Source of the DNA: Malacoraja senta
Lineage: Eukaryota
Assembly: GCA_038087875.1 (NCBI GenBank)
Contig: CM075990.1
Span: 8,248,001-8,312,000, forward strand
Direction: 5' to 3'
DNA length: 64,000 bases
Below, one piece after another: positions 13,674-27,246 of the stretch (position 1 is the stretch's first letter; each line of letters starts with the position of its first letter). The notes under the pieces were generated by a model. The model did not search any database. It worked only from the letters and a program-made list of their open reading frames with translations, and had not been told where the DNA came from. The translations under genes and the position numbers were made by a program.

Positions 13674-13854
13674 CAGAGAGAGCAAGAGTGGAGATTAGGT
13701 CTTCAGCTGCCGATGGTGGAGAAAGTTGCAGGTGATCAAGAGGCCAGAATTGGAGATGCACAGATATCAGTGAATGAGAGGGGTGGGATGCACCACAACA
13801 GTTGAAAGAGTTGTGAAAGGGTCTAAACCCAAGAAAAATAATTTAAAAAATCAA

Positions 13855-14420
13855 AGTGTTGGAGTAACTCAGCACATGATCCAGCATCTCTAGAGGATTG
13901 GCGTTTCAGGTCAGGGCCCTTCTTCAGAGTGATTGGAATAGGGGGTAGAAACTTGAAAGAGATGTGAGGGCAGGACAAACCTCAGCAATTGATGAGTGGA
14001 AACAGGTGGGGGGTGGTGGGGGGTCTCATTGTCAGATAGGCAGACAAAGGCTAGAGATGAAAATGAGACAAAATGGCCTCGGATAAAGAGGGGAATGAAA
14101 TGTGAAGTCAGAGGGAGGAATATAGGTGGAAGGGAAGGGGAGAGGAGGGCAGGCTGGGCACAGGAAAGACAGAGAGAGGAAAAAAGATGGGATTGTTATC
14201 TAAAGTTGGAGAATTCAATGATCGTACCATTGGGTTGTAAGCTACCTGAGTGCAATATGATTAAGGAAGAACTGCAGATGCTGGAAAAATCAAAGGTAGA
14301 CAAAAATGCTGGAGGAACTCAGTGGGTGAGGCAGCATCTATGCTGCCTCACCCGCTGAGTTCCTCCAGCATTTTTGTCCACCTAAGTGCAACATGAGGTG
14401 CTGTTCCTTCAACTTCACTC
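13855..14420 (-). mobile_element. Old Penelope-like fragment with a younger Penelope-derived piece nested at about 14260-14383
   Basis: Similar to 8897-9450. The nested piece is flanked by AGTGCAA(T/C)ATGA. Confidence 0.75.
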
Positions 14421-14504
14421 TGAGAAATGTTAAGGTCAAGACAAGATCATGTGAGCTACTGTGGTAAGGCGTGAACGAAACAGCAGGAAATTCAAGTCGG
14501 ACTA

Positions 14505-14637
14505 CTGTAGAAAGATTCTGACCCGAAACGTCACCTATCCCTTTTCCCCAGAGTTGCTGCCTGACCGACCCGCTGAGTTACTCCAGTTAATGTCTCTCTT
14601 CGGTGTGAACCAGCATCTACAGTTCTTTCCTCCACAC
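14505..14637 (+). mobile_element. Penelope-derived terminal fragment
   Basis: GACCCGAAACGTCACCTATCC...GCTGAGTTACTCCAG family motif. Confidence 0.75.
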
Positions 14638-15627
14638 AAAGTTTCAAGTCAGGCAGCAGAGCAATGAAAGTTGACGGATGGTTCATGGCAGTCAGGACAG
14701 CAGTGGAGTGGTAACTTAAAAGGGGTAGAGGTGTGATTGAAAATCTCAACAGTAGATGCCTGGGGAACAATAAGTACTGCCCCGTTAAAGGATAAAAACT
14801 TGCGTTGCAAATTCTGCTCTCAATTGTAAGTTTGTGCACAAATATTTAATTTTTTAAAGTTCAAACATTCTGCGATCAGAAATCCTCTTTCTTTCAGCTT
14901 GTCAGTTAATGTAGGATCACACACGCAAACATGAGGGGACAACTCCGTTTTGGGACATCTCCAGAGATGCTGCCTGTTCTGCTGAGTTACTCCAGCCTTT
15001 TCTTCAGTCTGTCTTCAGTTCTGGGACAGTCTATCGATGAGACTGCTGCAGGTTTCTGAACATGCAAGATATATATTGCTAATTGAAAAGCACAAGACGA
15101 CAGACTGAGAAAGAAATAAGGGAGAAACATTCTGTCATCTATTATTAAGCTACTTAGCAGCTGGTTGGTTGGAGAGACCTTTAGAGATTGAGCAAAAACC
15201 GGTAATTAAAGTGATGTTTTGTTTTGGTTAATTAGCTTGCAAATCAAATATGGATGCTTGGCTGACATGAGGAAATATCACAGGGATCCCTTGAAGTTAT
15301 CAAACATTAGAGGTTAGAATAGAAGCAGAAGAGACTGCAGATATTATACAGCAAAGTAAGGAGGACAACTGGAGTAATTGAATGGGTCAAGCAGCATCTG
15401 TTGAGGGAAATGGATAGTCCATGTTTTGGGTCGGTACCCTTCATCTTGACTGCTAGCGGATGAAAGGCCCCAACCTGAAACATCCACTGAAAGTCACAAA
15501 GTGTAGGAATATCTCAGTGGGTTCCTCCTCGTCTCCTTTCTAAAGGTCCGTCCTTTTATTCTGAGGAAATGGCCTCTGGCCCGAGATTCTCCCAAATCAG
15601 TCAAGTAGTTACGAAGCTAGGGGGCAT

Positions 15628-15865
15628 ATAGGGTGGTGAACCTGTGGAATTCATTGCTACTGAAGGCTGTGGAGGCCAAGTCAATGGATATTTTTAAGGC
15701 AGAGATAGATAGATTCTCGGTTAGTACAGGTGTCAGGGGTTATGGGGAGAAGGCAGGAGAATGGGGTTAAGAGGAATGGGGTTAAAGATAGATCAGCCAT
15801 GATAGAATGGTGGAATAGACTTGATGGGCTGAATGGCCTAATTCTGCTCCTATCTCTTATGAACA
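15628..15865 (+). mobile_element. CR1/HER1-type LINE 3' end
   Basis: RVVNLWNSLLLKAVEAKSMDIFKAEID plus the 3' UTR; a short inverted CR1 piece lies at about 15525-15593. Confidence 0.85.
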
Positions 15866-16096
15866 TATCTCTAACGCATTCCAGGAAGGAGATGGATTTG
15901 TGAGTTGGATAGACAGAGGTGAGGAAGTGACAAAGAGGTTGATGTTAGGGACATAGGAGCCGGAGAAGGTCAAAGAGAACCCGTTGTTCACTCTGCCATT
16001 CAATAAACTCAATACTGGTCCTCTACTTTATCATCAACCCCAATCCAGGACTTCAGGTTGATGGTATTTGAGCAAGAGATTGAACAGAGAACAGAG

Positions 16097-16265
16097 AATT
16101 TCAAGAGAGAGTTAGATTTTGATCTTAGGGCGAACAGAATCAAGGGATATGGGGAAAAAGCAAGAACGGGGTACTGATTTTGGATGATCAGCCATAATCA
16201 TATTGAATGGCGGTGCTGGCTCGAAGGGCCGAATGGCCTACTCCTGCACCTATTTTCTTTGTTTC
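16097..16265 (+). mobile_element. CR1/HER1-type LINE 3' end
   Basis: Same tail subfamily as 1557-1741. Confidence 0.85.
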
Positions 16266-17559
16266 TCTGTAAACCATATCAGCCTGTTTGATGCATGTAT
16301 CCTATTTATAAAACTCCACGGGAAGATTGGTACTGAGTTGCTCAGACCACTCCGAGGGCCCACAGTTGGTTAAATTCAGCTGGCGGTCTATTTGGCGGGC
16401 CATTTAGTCACTTATGTTGGTCCCATGAGATTGCTGCACGAGTGGAGGTGAACCGTGTGTCTGAGTACATCATGCTTGGCTTCTGTGCTGCAGAGATTCA
16501 GTTGCTGTAACTTACAGCTTTCTGCCCTTGCTTTTGCTTTTGACATCCACATCAGCTTCTAAAGTCCCTGATGGCCAGAATGGCGGTCAAGCATGAAATT
16601 GCATTTTGGGGCTGCTTATAACGCCATGTACATCCACAATTTGCTGCTTATAGATGGGTCAAACTCACACAGGTCTCTGAGCACATTGAGTATTTCTTTC
16701 TTCTGAATAGCATCATCTCCTTGGTTGAACACGTTGGATTCCACAGCCAGTTCTTCGTCCATGAAGCACTGCACTCGGCACCAGACTGCATGATGAACGT
16801 TAGCTGTTGTATCCTCTTCACCTCAGTGTGCGTCCAAATGTAGACAGCGTCATTGATACCAGGCTGTGGTAGGAATGTCTTCACCTGATTTCCCACATGC
16901 TCTGGGATACACATTGTAACCTACTGCAGAAAATCATCAGTAACCTCTTGGGATGGAGGTCCCCAGGTCCTGAGATGGACATAGAAAATAGGTGCAGGAA
17001 GAGGCCATTTGGCCCTTTCAGCCTCCACTGCATTGACACTTTATCTTTTGACTCTTGATGGCTTGGGTTCCAGGTACCTGTTGGTGTCTGATGGAAGGTA
17101 GACACAAAATGCTGGAGTAACTCAGCGGGACAGGCAGCATCTCTGGAGAGAAGGAATGGGTGACCCTTCTTCAGACTGATGGAGATGGTGTCTGATGGAG
17201 ATCTCCCTGCCTCAAATGGAAGGTTTACGTGCTGATACCTGTAAGAAAGTTCCAAACAATGAAAAGGGGCAACTTGCAGTACCCCATTAACCGACAAACC
17301 TGTGCATCTTTGGGACGTGGAAGAAAACTGGAGCAACTGAAGGAAACCCACACAGAGCACCTGCAAACTCCGCACAGTCAGCGCCAGAGGAGAGGATTGA
17401 ACCCAGGTCACTGGAGCTGTTGCCTCTACCAATTGTTGTGCCTTTCTGCCATTCCCAGATGCGGAGAGAAGGTGAGAGTGCAGCATTACTCAAAGCGATA
17501 GCAAGCGACATATTACGTGCAGCGTTCATCTCAGTTACCACAGGCCAAACCCCAGGGGC

Positions 17560-18135
17560 GGCACGGCGGCACAGCGGTAAAGTTGCCGCCTTGCAGTGCT
17601 TACAGTGCCAGAGACCCAGGTTCAATTCCAACTATGGGTGCTGTCTGTACGGAGTTTGTACGTTCTCCCCATGGCCACGTGGGTTTATTCCGAGATCTTC
17701 GGTTTCCTCCCACACTCTAAAGACAAACAAGTTTGTAGGTAGACAAAAATGCTGGAGAAACTCAGCGGGTGAGGCAGCATCTATGGAGCGAAGGAAATAG
17801 GCAACGTTTCGGGCCGAAACCATCTATGGAGCGAAGGAAATAGGCAACGTTTTGGGCCGATACCCTTCGGTTTCGACCTGAAACGTTGCCTATTTCGTTC
17901 GCTCCATAGATGCTGCCTCATCCGCTGAGTTTCTCCAGCATTTTTGTCTACCTTCGATTTTCCAGCATCTGCAGTTCCCTCTTAAACAAACAGTTTGTAG
18001 GTAATTGGTTTGGTATACAGATCAATTGTCAGTAGTGTGTGTCCCATAGTATTGGTGTGGGGGGATCGCTGTTTGTCACGGACTCGGTGGGCCGAACGGT
18101 CCGTTTCCACGCTGTATCTCTAAACTAAACTAAAC
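17560..18135 (+). mobile_element. HE1-like V-SINE interrupted by a fold-back Penelope-derived insertion (about 17738-17988)
   Basis: SINE head at 17560 and (CTAAA)n tail at about 18130. The insert is flanked by duplicated AAACA(A)GTTTGTAGGTA. Confidence 0.9.
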
Positions 18136-18736
18136 CTGAATTCCATGACCACTGCTGAGGAGCACAAACTGCAGGTGTCACATCTTAACCTTCTAATTCT
18201 CTGGATAAAGAGTACTCTCATTTTTTAATGTCTAGAAGTAATCGCTTAAAGCGGCGAAACCCAGTTACTGAGATTTTTAAGTTGAATAAACCCAAGGGAA
18301 TTGGCAGGAATTAGACATTCTCATTAGAATTAAAGATCTGTATAATGTGGATATCGAAGAAAGAGATTACTGCTGTTGCCATTTTATGAATTTTATTATG
18401 AGCTATATTTTCCAAGCTATTCAAACATCTATTAACGTATTTTATTTATTCATCTTTAAACTGGAATAAATACCCTTTCTGCAGGTTGCCGTTCAGTCGG
18501 TTTAATGATAAACAACGTGTATGAGATGGTGAATATTGCTCACTGATTGAAATTTTCCTTTATATTCGGGCACAACGTTGATTTGCACCAACCTGTTTAT
18601 GGACTCTAGAGCTTGGGAAGTCCACTGCTTCTCTGTTCCAGTGAGCGGTTTGTAGACACCACAGTGGGAAATGGCAACAAGCTGGTCTAGCTGAGCCTCA
18701 CCTGATTCTGGGCATCTCCCATTTCCCTTGACTAGT

Positions 18737-19045
18737 GGAGCCGCGGTAGAGTTGCTGCCTCACAGCGCCAGAGACCCGGGTTCGATTCTGACTATGGGTG
18801 CTGTCTGTATGGAGTTTGTACTTTATCCTCTGACCTGCGTGGGTTTTTTTCCCCCATACGCTCCGGTTTCCTCCCACACTCCAAAGACGGACAGGTTTGT
18901 AGGCTAATTGGCTTGGTAAAATTGTAAAATTGTCCCTGGTGTGTATTGGATAGTATTAGTGTGCGGGGATCGCTGGTCGGCGCAGATTCGTGGGCCAAAG
19001 GGGCTTTTTCCGTGTTGTATCTCCAAACTAAACTAAATTAAACTG
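18737..19045 (+). mobile_element. HE1-like V-SINE
   Basis: tRNA-like head, V-domain and (CTAAA)n tail. Confidence 0.9.
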
Positions 19046-20304
19046 AAGGTGCCCGGAATCTCTGCAAGGTTTAGGTTTATTATTCTCACAAGTACCACAT
19101 GCAGTGATAAGCTTTGCTTTGCATGCTATTCAAAACAATCAGATATACCGTACATAGATACAATCAGATCAATGTCAAATGCAATAGATAGAGCAAATGG
19201 GAAGATACAGAGTGCAGAATATAGTCGCCAGCATTGTAGCTCAAGAAAGGCTTGGACAAAAGTCCAATGTCTTCAATAGGGTGGAGGTGAATCGGAGAGT
19301 ACCACATCTTATGGAAGGGCAGTTCAGAAGCCTGACTCAGGATCACCCATTGCTCAGTCTGGTACAGCGCTTGAGGTAGCACTGATGTGGGTTTGGTGGG
19401 GGCAGGGAAATTGCTTCTGGAGGACTATCTACTGATGGGCTGTGAGGAACAGGTGAAAGCTTTTGAAATTGTGAAGGACTGGTTCTTCAAATCGAAGGAC
19501 ATTTTTAACACCTTGAAATAATGCGAGATCCTTGCAGCCTCGACGGAACCTCTGGCCCGTGACTGCTGGATGGAAGAGGAGAAGGAGTATTCAATAAAGC
19601 CTCTTGGAACTTCATACCCATGTGTTGGGGAGCGCACAGAAGCTCTGATATAAAAGCACTCACCTTCTCCCCCCCACCATCACCACCTAAAGGTACTCAC
19701 TCCCCTGGTCCTTCAGGCATCGTATTTCATCTGTGGAGGGGTCTATGGCTCGCATTTTACCCTCAGAACCAACAGAGTCGGAGTGGAAGGAAATCGCCCT
19801 CAATGCTGAGGAACTTTCTGAAAAAGTCAGTGAAGGCAGATAATCCATGAGCACAGAATGTTCTGTTGTATTCATTATAAAAGATTGACTAGATAAACAA
19901 TTTGAGACTTTCTTGGTGTAAATATTGGCTTCGCATTTCCGTCATGTAAATGTAACGTTAGACACAGCGGTTGGAGATTTTATATGTCCCGTGAGATTCC
20001 TCCAGCCCATTAGAGTGTCAGATTGCTGACTGTCTAGCTCAATAGTGAATACAGATTGGAGGTAACATCCTGTTATTGTGGGTTTGTTTACTTGCAAGCC
20101 CCACTGGGCAAGTGTGGCAACGTTGAATTATGCTGAACTTGTTGTGGAATTCATTGCTGTGACAGTATTTTCCATTACAGGAAAGAAAGTTAAATGATAA
20201 ATGTGTTTAATTCATAGAAAACGATGACACAATGGCAGCTATTCAGTCTATCTTGTTCATGCCAACTAACGTTTGAATTATCTTCTCATGCATTGCACAT
20301 TTTG

Positions 20305-20622
20305 GCTTTAGACTGTAGACTTTATGGATATAGCGTGCAAACGGGTCCTTTGGTCCACTGAGTGGGTGCTGACCTGCAATTACTCCGTCCACTAACACTG
20401 TCCGACACCGTAGTGACCATTTTACAAATCTACCAAAGTCAATTAACCTGCAAACTTGTACTACTTTGGAACATGGGAGGAAACCAGAGCACCCAGAGAA
20501 AACCCACGTGGTCACAGGGAGAACGTACAAACGTACAAACTCCGTACAGACTACAACGTCAAGATCGAATCTGGGTCTTTGGCACAGTACGGCACCAACT
20601 CTACCGCTGCATCACCGTGCCA
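20305..20622 (-). mobile_element. HE1-like V-SINE
   Basis: Reverse complement of the family consensus. Confidence 0.85.
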
Positions 20623-20838
20623 CTCTTCAAGGTTTTAAATGTATATGGATGGATTCTGTCTCCTCCACCACGCCAAACCTCAATTATCTTTTGGGTGAAA
20701 GTATTTTCCTCAGTTTCCCTCAAATCATTCCAACAATAAACAAATCTATGTCCTGCATGCACAGATACTTCCTGTTCATCTAGACCTGTCACCCATATAC
20801 ACACATAAAATAATTATACTCATATAAAGACTCATCAG

Positions 20839-21272
20839 CTCATACTTAAATTCTGGAAAAATGCGCCCACACCAACAATAAAAATGTGGACATCAAATAT
20901 GTTGGAAACATTACATCTGGAAGAGATGAGATTCCTCTTAGCAGGTAAAGCAGACCAATTCCAAAAGACGTGGTCTACGTTTCTGGACCTATTACAAGCA
21001 TGAGGTGCAATAGTAATTTAAAAAATAAATAAATAAAGAAATGGTATCAGGACCTGGTAATGGGAGGTAAAACAATAAAAACAGACTTGGTTGGTGGTTC
21101 CCTTTCTGCGATTGTTCCTACTTTTTCTTTCTTTTCTAGGATCTACTTTCTTACTTTACTTCCTTCTCTAACTTCTTTTCTAAGGGGCTTTCTTTTCACA
21201 ACACTCTCTTGCACTTCACGACTCTTGCGCACTTTCTTTACTTTTCTTACTTCTATCTTTTTCTTAAAGCTC
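20839..21272 (+). mobile_element. L1-clade LINE fragment (ORF2 end plus partial 3' UTR) with 15-bp TSD
   Basis: LILKFWKNAPTPTIKMWTSNMLETLHLEEMRFLLAGKADQFQKTWSTFLDLLQA*, homologous to the end of ORF 41758-42687. TSD ATAAAGACTCATCAG at 20824-20838 and 21273-21287. Confidence 0.9.
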
Positions 21273-21304
21273 ATAAAGACTCATCAGTTAATTTATGCAC
21301 ACTC

Positions 21305-21648
21305 TTGGGGAAGCAGAGGTAATAGATCACACAGAGTTTCTTGCCCAGAGTAGGGGAATCGGGACATAGGTTTAAGATGGGGGGAAAGATTTAATAGGAA
21401 TCTGAGAGGTAACTTTTTCACATGAAGGGTGGTAGATGTATGGAACGAGCTGTCAGTGGAGATTGTTGAGGCAGGTGTTAATTAACATTTAAGAAACATT
21501 TAGACAGGTGAATGCATAAGACAGGTTTAGAGGGATACGAGTCAAATGCAGGCGGGTGGAACTAGTGTAGATGGGACATGTTGGCCGGTGTGGGCAAGTT
21601 GGGCCGAGGGGCCTGATTCCATGCTGTTAGACTCTGTGACTCTATATG
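21305..21648 (+). mobile_element. CR1-type LINE 3' end (tail type shared with the SINE)
   Basis: NLRGNFFT*RVVDVWNEL remnant; ends GGGCCGAGGGGCCTGATTCCATGCTG. Confidence 0.85.
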
Positions 21649-22021
21649 ATGTTTACGCACAGCTGGGGAACTACGAATTATATTTATACAGGCAAATTCT
21701 CAATATATACTTCTACATAGCTGAGGAACCATAATTAATACTGAGTAATAGTTCTACACATCTGGTGAATGTTGGTCAATATTTATAGACACTTGGAGCA
21801 CCACATTTAATATGATTGCACATCTGGGAAGCTTCTGCAGTTGCAAAGCTGAGGAACCATGTAAATATTTCCTCATCCTTGAGGAACTTTTATTTCTTCA
21901 GATACCTGGGACCTCACTACCCCCCTCCCCCCCCTTCCCCCACCCCAAAATTGTTTCCTGACAGGTCAGTCCTGCAGCCAACTGATCCTTGTGGAAGCTC
22001 TGCTGGTGCAGACAGAATTTT

Positions 22022-22293
22022 TGAGTTTAGTTTAGAAATACAACATGGAAACAGGACCCACCGAGTCCGCACCGACCAGCAATCCCCACACACTAACACC
22101 ATCCTACACACACAAGGGACAATTTTATGTTTAAATACCAAGCCTGTTAGCCTACAAAGCTCTACGTCTTTAGAGAGTGGGAGGAAACCGTTGCAGGTCA
22201 GGGGCAGAGTGTACAGACAAGCACCGTGGTCAGGATCGAACCCGGGTCTCCGGCGCTGTGAGGCAGCAACTCTACCGCTGCTCCACCGTGCCC
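22022..22293 (-). mobile_element. HE1-like V-SINE
   Basis: Reverse complement of the consensus with internal deletions. Confidence 0.85.
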
Positions 22294-23146
22294 CCCTAAT
22301 GGAAGCAGACTTATAGCGCAACCTCTGCAGATACAGACCCACTCCGAAAGCACTCAAGACAAATCCAAATACTTGCAGTTGCCAATAAGGTCAAGGGCAA
22401 CAGACTAACTGTTGCTGGGTTGCAGTGGTTCCCATGGAGATGAAAGCTACATTTGGAAATAAATGAATTAGTGTTTCTGCAAACCACTTGGCAGAGAATG
22501 AATGGAAGCAGGCAGCTCGTGATTTACACCGAGCCTGACAAGAGGATTATTTAAACAACAAACTAATTGAAAAACATAACAAAAACCTAATCAGCGAGTA
22601 TTTATCTGGGACTGGATGGTTTGAATTCCCAGCTCTTCCTACTTTATGATTTAACAAAGCATATTTCATTATGCGATAACTGAACTCAAATGAGTTCAGG
22701 GAGCAGTCAGGTGGATTGGCACTTGCCCTGCGGAAAGTGTCTGATCTTTGGGATTTGCTGGAATTTCTGGGTTCAGCTGCCGCATTGCCGATGCCTGGTC
22801 AACAATCGCTGGCACCGAATCCAAATCCTGTCCTTTGCTTTCAGCTTCTTTGTCATCCTTGGCTCAATCTTCAGAGTTACTTGGCAAGCGGCAGATGTTT
22901 AGCTGGAATTTTGATCGCATGCCATCGCCTTTTCAGGGCCATGCGAATGAAAACCCTTGTTTTCTAGACTGCGTCGTGATCGTGTAGCTTTCCAGGTCAA
23001 GCGGCATCAATCTACCGGGCACCGCCAGTCCCATAGGGTACTTGTGCATGCACTAGTGGTCTTGTGTACACTGCCGACTTCTAGTACACTCTTCGCAGGT
23101 GCTTGTTCCTCTTATGTTCCTGTAATGGCCTCTTTACACCAAACAG

Positions 23147-23490
23147 TGAAAGGCCAAGATAGAGTGGATGTGGAAAGGATGTTTCTACTCATAGGAGAGT
23201 CCAGGACCAGAGGTCAAGGCTCAGAATAAGAGGACGTTCCTTTAGGAAGGAGTTGAGGAGGACTTTCTTTGGAATTTGCAGCCACAGAAGGCTGTGGAGG
23301 CCGTCAATGTATATTCTTAAGGCAAAGATAGATAGATTCTTGATTAGTATGGGTGTCAGGGGTTATGGAGAGAAGGCAGGAGAATGCGGTTGAGGGGGAG
23401 AGTTAGATCAGGCATGATTGAATGGCAGAGTAGATAATGGGCTGAATTGCCTAATTCTGCTGCTATCATTTATGAACTTATGAACATGAA
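23147..23490 (+). mobile_element. CR1/HER1-type LINE 3' end
   Basis: KGQDRVDVERMFLLIGESRTRG plus the conserved tail. Confidence 0.9.
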
Positions 23491-23603
23491 TTTGTTTATC
23501 TTTCTTTGCCCATCTATATTGTTTCATTAACCAGCATTGCTTCACCCTTCCTTTTCATTCCTTGTCCCCTGGAAACCCTTTAACCTTACAATGCTGCTCT
23601 GCA

Positions 23604-23697
23604 GAAGATAGATACAAAGTGCTGGAGTAACTCTGCGGGTCAGGCAACATCTCTGGAGAAAAAGAAAAGGTGATGTTTCGGAACCATTCTTCAGACT
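23604..23697 (-). mobile_element. Penelope-derived terminal fragment
   Basis: Family motif GCTGGAGTAACTCTGCGGGTCAGGCAACATCTCTGGAG. Confidence 0.75.
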
Positions 23698-24544
23698 CCT
23701 GTAACTCTGGCTGTTAGGATAAGGCATTATCTATACCAGCTGTGACCTTGTGTCCTCAATCTCGTGGGAATGTTAAGCACAATTGTCCTGCTGATTGCTG
23801 ACCAATATCTCAACATTGAAGGTGACTGCCTATTTTGTCACCTGATTCCATAAAGGGACAAGGAAGAAAGACTTAAAGAGTTTACCCTAGACCCTGACCC
23901 ATTGACTGAGTGGATCGCCTTGAAATGGGATACCTCCCCAGAACCCTTCAACATTACCCCATGCTGCAGTGGTTAGTGGCATGTAAAGTTGGACATAAGG
24001 GATGAAGAGGTGAACCAAATCAAGGGTGTAGTTAACAGCAAGTCAAACACATTCTTTACGAGTGTCACACCTCCTCCAACAGGAATAGCAAACTTAAACT
24101 CACGAAAAACTAACAAGCAGATTGACTGAGAGTTTTGGAATTAAGGTGGTACATTGGCCTTTAATGAAAGAGGGTTGGGGTACATAAGTAAGTACGTCTT
24201 ACTGCAGTTGTACAGAGGTGGTAGGAATGTTATGGAGGGGAGGGGGTAGGGTTATGCGTTAGTAGGATGTTGTGAAGTTTTGGCCTCTGCTTTGGAGTCA
24301 ACACAGCAAATATTAATCGGATTAATTCTTGAGATGTCTTTGTTGTCTCTCAAGGACAACCACCTCATCTCAGGAAGAGTGGTACAGGCCAATCTCAGAT
24401 TTATTAAATTTGATAATTGATTTGAAAGATACAGCATGGAAATAGTACAGAGTAACATGTTTGCACAACTGTTGTGCTGCTGCAAGTAAGAATTTCATTG
24501 TTTATTTTCGGGTCATATGACAATTAAACACTCTTGACTCTTTT

Positions 24545-24800
24545 GGGCCACCATATCTGTCGATTTAACTGTTCATACTTGTTCATTGTTATCCCACTTT
24601 TTCCATCTATTAACACTAGGGGCAATTTACAGAGGCCAATAAACCTACAAACATGCGTTTCTTAGGTGTGTGGGAGGAAGCTGGTGGAAAACCACACGGT
24701 CACAGGAAGACCGTGCAAACTCCACACAGACAGCACTCCGAAGTCAGGATTGAACCTGGGTATCTGTCGCTGTGAGGCAATGGCTCTACCAGTGCCGGCC
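24545..24800 (-). mobile_element. Older HE1-like V-SINE
   Basis: Diverged reverse-complement V-domain and head. Confidence 0.75.
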
Positions 24801-25283
24801 TATGAACAAAATTGTGTTCCCGGAAAACCTTTCGTTCAGTGAGATTGTGGGAATTAAAATGGCTGAACACGATGCATGGTGTGTATTAAGATGCAATGTA
24901 TTCTAATGAGTGAAGGATGATGTGATATTTGTTTGTAGCTAAAAATAATTTTATATATTGAAAACAATACCCGAAAGAAACAATGATGTTATAATGGAAG
25001 TTTGTGAATCGAACATTTATAAATAGAAGATTACCTCATCTCACTGGAACTTGGATGAAAGGTAATCTCATTGAAACACAGTAAAATTCTGAAAGGTTCA
25101 GACAAATTAGACGTGGTAAATTTATTTCCTGAGGCTAGAGATGGGAGACAGGGATAGAGAAGGCAATGAAGAAGGAATATGGCATGATGAAGCATTTAAT
25201 ACATGAGTTGGAACATCATGTTTTAATAGTACAAGACTTTAGTGATACCACCCCTGAAAGATGGTGTGCAAGGTCTCCAGACT

Positions 25284-25562
25284 AGTTTAGAGATACAGCG
25301 TGGAAACAGGCCCTTTGGCCTACTGAGCCTACACCGACCAGCGATCCCCGCACATTAACACTATCCTACACACTGGGAACAATTTGACATTCATACCAAG
25401 CCAATTAACCTACAAGCCAGTACGTCTTCGGAGCGTGGGAGGAAACCGAAGATTTCGGTGGAAACCCACGCAGGTCACGGGGTGAAGGTACAAACTCCGT
25501 GCAGACAGCACCCGTAGTCAGGATCGACATTGTAAGGCATCGATTCTACCGCTGTGCCACCA
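25284..25562 (-). mobile_element. HE1-like V-SINE within old CR1 debris
   Basis: Reverse complement of the consensus; the flanks read as degraded CR1 ORF2 (KRFTKMTPGMEGLS). Confidence 0.88.
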
Positions 25563-26269
25563 TACTGCACCATGCCGTGATGAAGCTACAGAGTGCGGAG
25601 AAGCGATTCACAAAAATGACTCCAGGAATGGAGGGCTTGAGTTCTAAGGAGAGTCTGGATCAGCTGGGACTGTTTTATTTTTGATTTCAAGCATCTACTT
25701 TGATTTTTGGTCTTTTGATCTCAGACTTGAATACACAATGAATGAGCATCCAAAATATCTGGAGCAAAATTCCAAAGATGCCCACTACATGAAAGCAAAC
25801 TGGCCACCTTTAAATCCCTCCCCTCTAACCTTAAATCAAAGCCCCCATAGTGTTACAATTCCCTACTGTGGGAAAAGGACTGTGGCAACCCATTTTATCT
25901 ATGCAGCTCATTTTAATCCTCTATAAGGTCATCTCTCAGCCTCCTCTGCTCCAGTGCCAGCTGGAAAATCAAAATAGATGCCTTGAAATAGGAAATAAAA
26001 TAGAAGAAACTAACAATCAGGTCACGCGGCATCTTTGGGACGAGGAACAGAGTTAACGTTACAGGTCAAGGACCCTTTGCCAGAACTGGGAAGGAAAGAA
26101 AAGAAGCTTGTTAAGCCACAGGAGGGAGAGGCTCCGATAGGGAAAAGCCAAGGAGAACATGGGGATACACTGTAAACCCAGTTATCTGGTCAATGAGTGA
26201 GTGGGAGCACTCAGAGAGTGAAAATGGAGACAAACGAACATAGACAAAAGAATGTCGAAGATGCAAATT

Positions 26270-26545
26270 GTAGAGCAGTGGCAGAGTTGGTGCCTTACAG
26301 CGCCAGAGACCCGGGTTCGATCCTGACTACGGGTGCTGTCTGTACGGAGTGTGTACATTCTCCCCATGACTGCGGGCTTTTCCCTGGGATCTCTGGTTTT
26401 CTCTCACACTCCAAGGACATACAGGTTTGTAGGTTAATTGGCTTGGTAAAATTGTATGTGTGTAGATTGTGCAGGGATCGCTGGTCAGCGTGGACTCGGT
26501 TGGCCAAAGGGCCTTTTACAGCACTGTATCTCTAAACTAAACTAA
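26270..26545 (+). mobile_element. HE1-like V-SINE
   Basis: B box GGTTCGATCC, V-domain and (CTAAA)n tail. Confidence 0.9.
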
Positions 26546-27246
26546 AAGAAGGCAAGTTGATGTGCCTGGGATTGTTTCCTCTGGGAATGGAGAACTTGTC
26601 CTGTCTGATACATAGAGTAGTACAGCACAAGAACAGGCCCTTCTGTCCATCAGATCTGTGCCGAACACATGATGCCAAGTTAAAGCAATCATCTCTGACT
26701 GCACGTGATCCATATCCCTCCATTCCCTGCATCTCCATGTGCCTTGTGGTAGAAACAGACATGGCAATGGTGTTTAACAGGGTTTTAGATAAGCCTGTTA
26801 AACATCGCTGTCTCATCTGTTTCTACCACAATCCCTGGCAGTGTGTCCCTCCCTGCATATCTCCTTTAAATGTTCCCTCTCTGACCTTAAGGCTAAGTCA
26901 TCCATATTTAGACCATAGAAAAATACTTTGATATCTACTCCATGCCTCTTATTGTTTTACAAACTTCCTCAAACTCCACTGCTCCCATGCCCTATGAACC
27001 CTGCAGATCACCAGCCATCCTCAATCTGAAACATTAACTCATTTCCCTTTCCACAGATGTGGCCCGACCTGGCTGAACTATGCATTATAACAAATACACT
27101 GGCAAAGTTGTATATTCCAACTTGAAGAGCTAGGAACTTACTACACCAAGTGTCCTAGATTCCCTCTATGTTTAAAACTCATTCCCTCTCTGATGCTAGG
27201 TTCAAGTCTACACTCCGGGTCACAGTCCTATATCTGGCATTTTCCC

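Noticed and set aside
16648..16914. Minus-strand coding-like stretch (MDEELAVESNVFNQGDDAIQKKEILNVLRDL)
   Set aside because: Short and without supporting splice sites; at best an ancient LINE remnant.
19452..19520. Possible terminal exon VKAFEIVKDWFFKSKDIFNTLK*
   Set aside because: No polypyrimidine tract before the AG and no recognisable homology.
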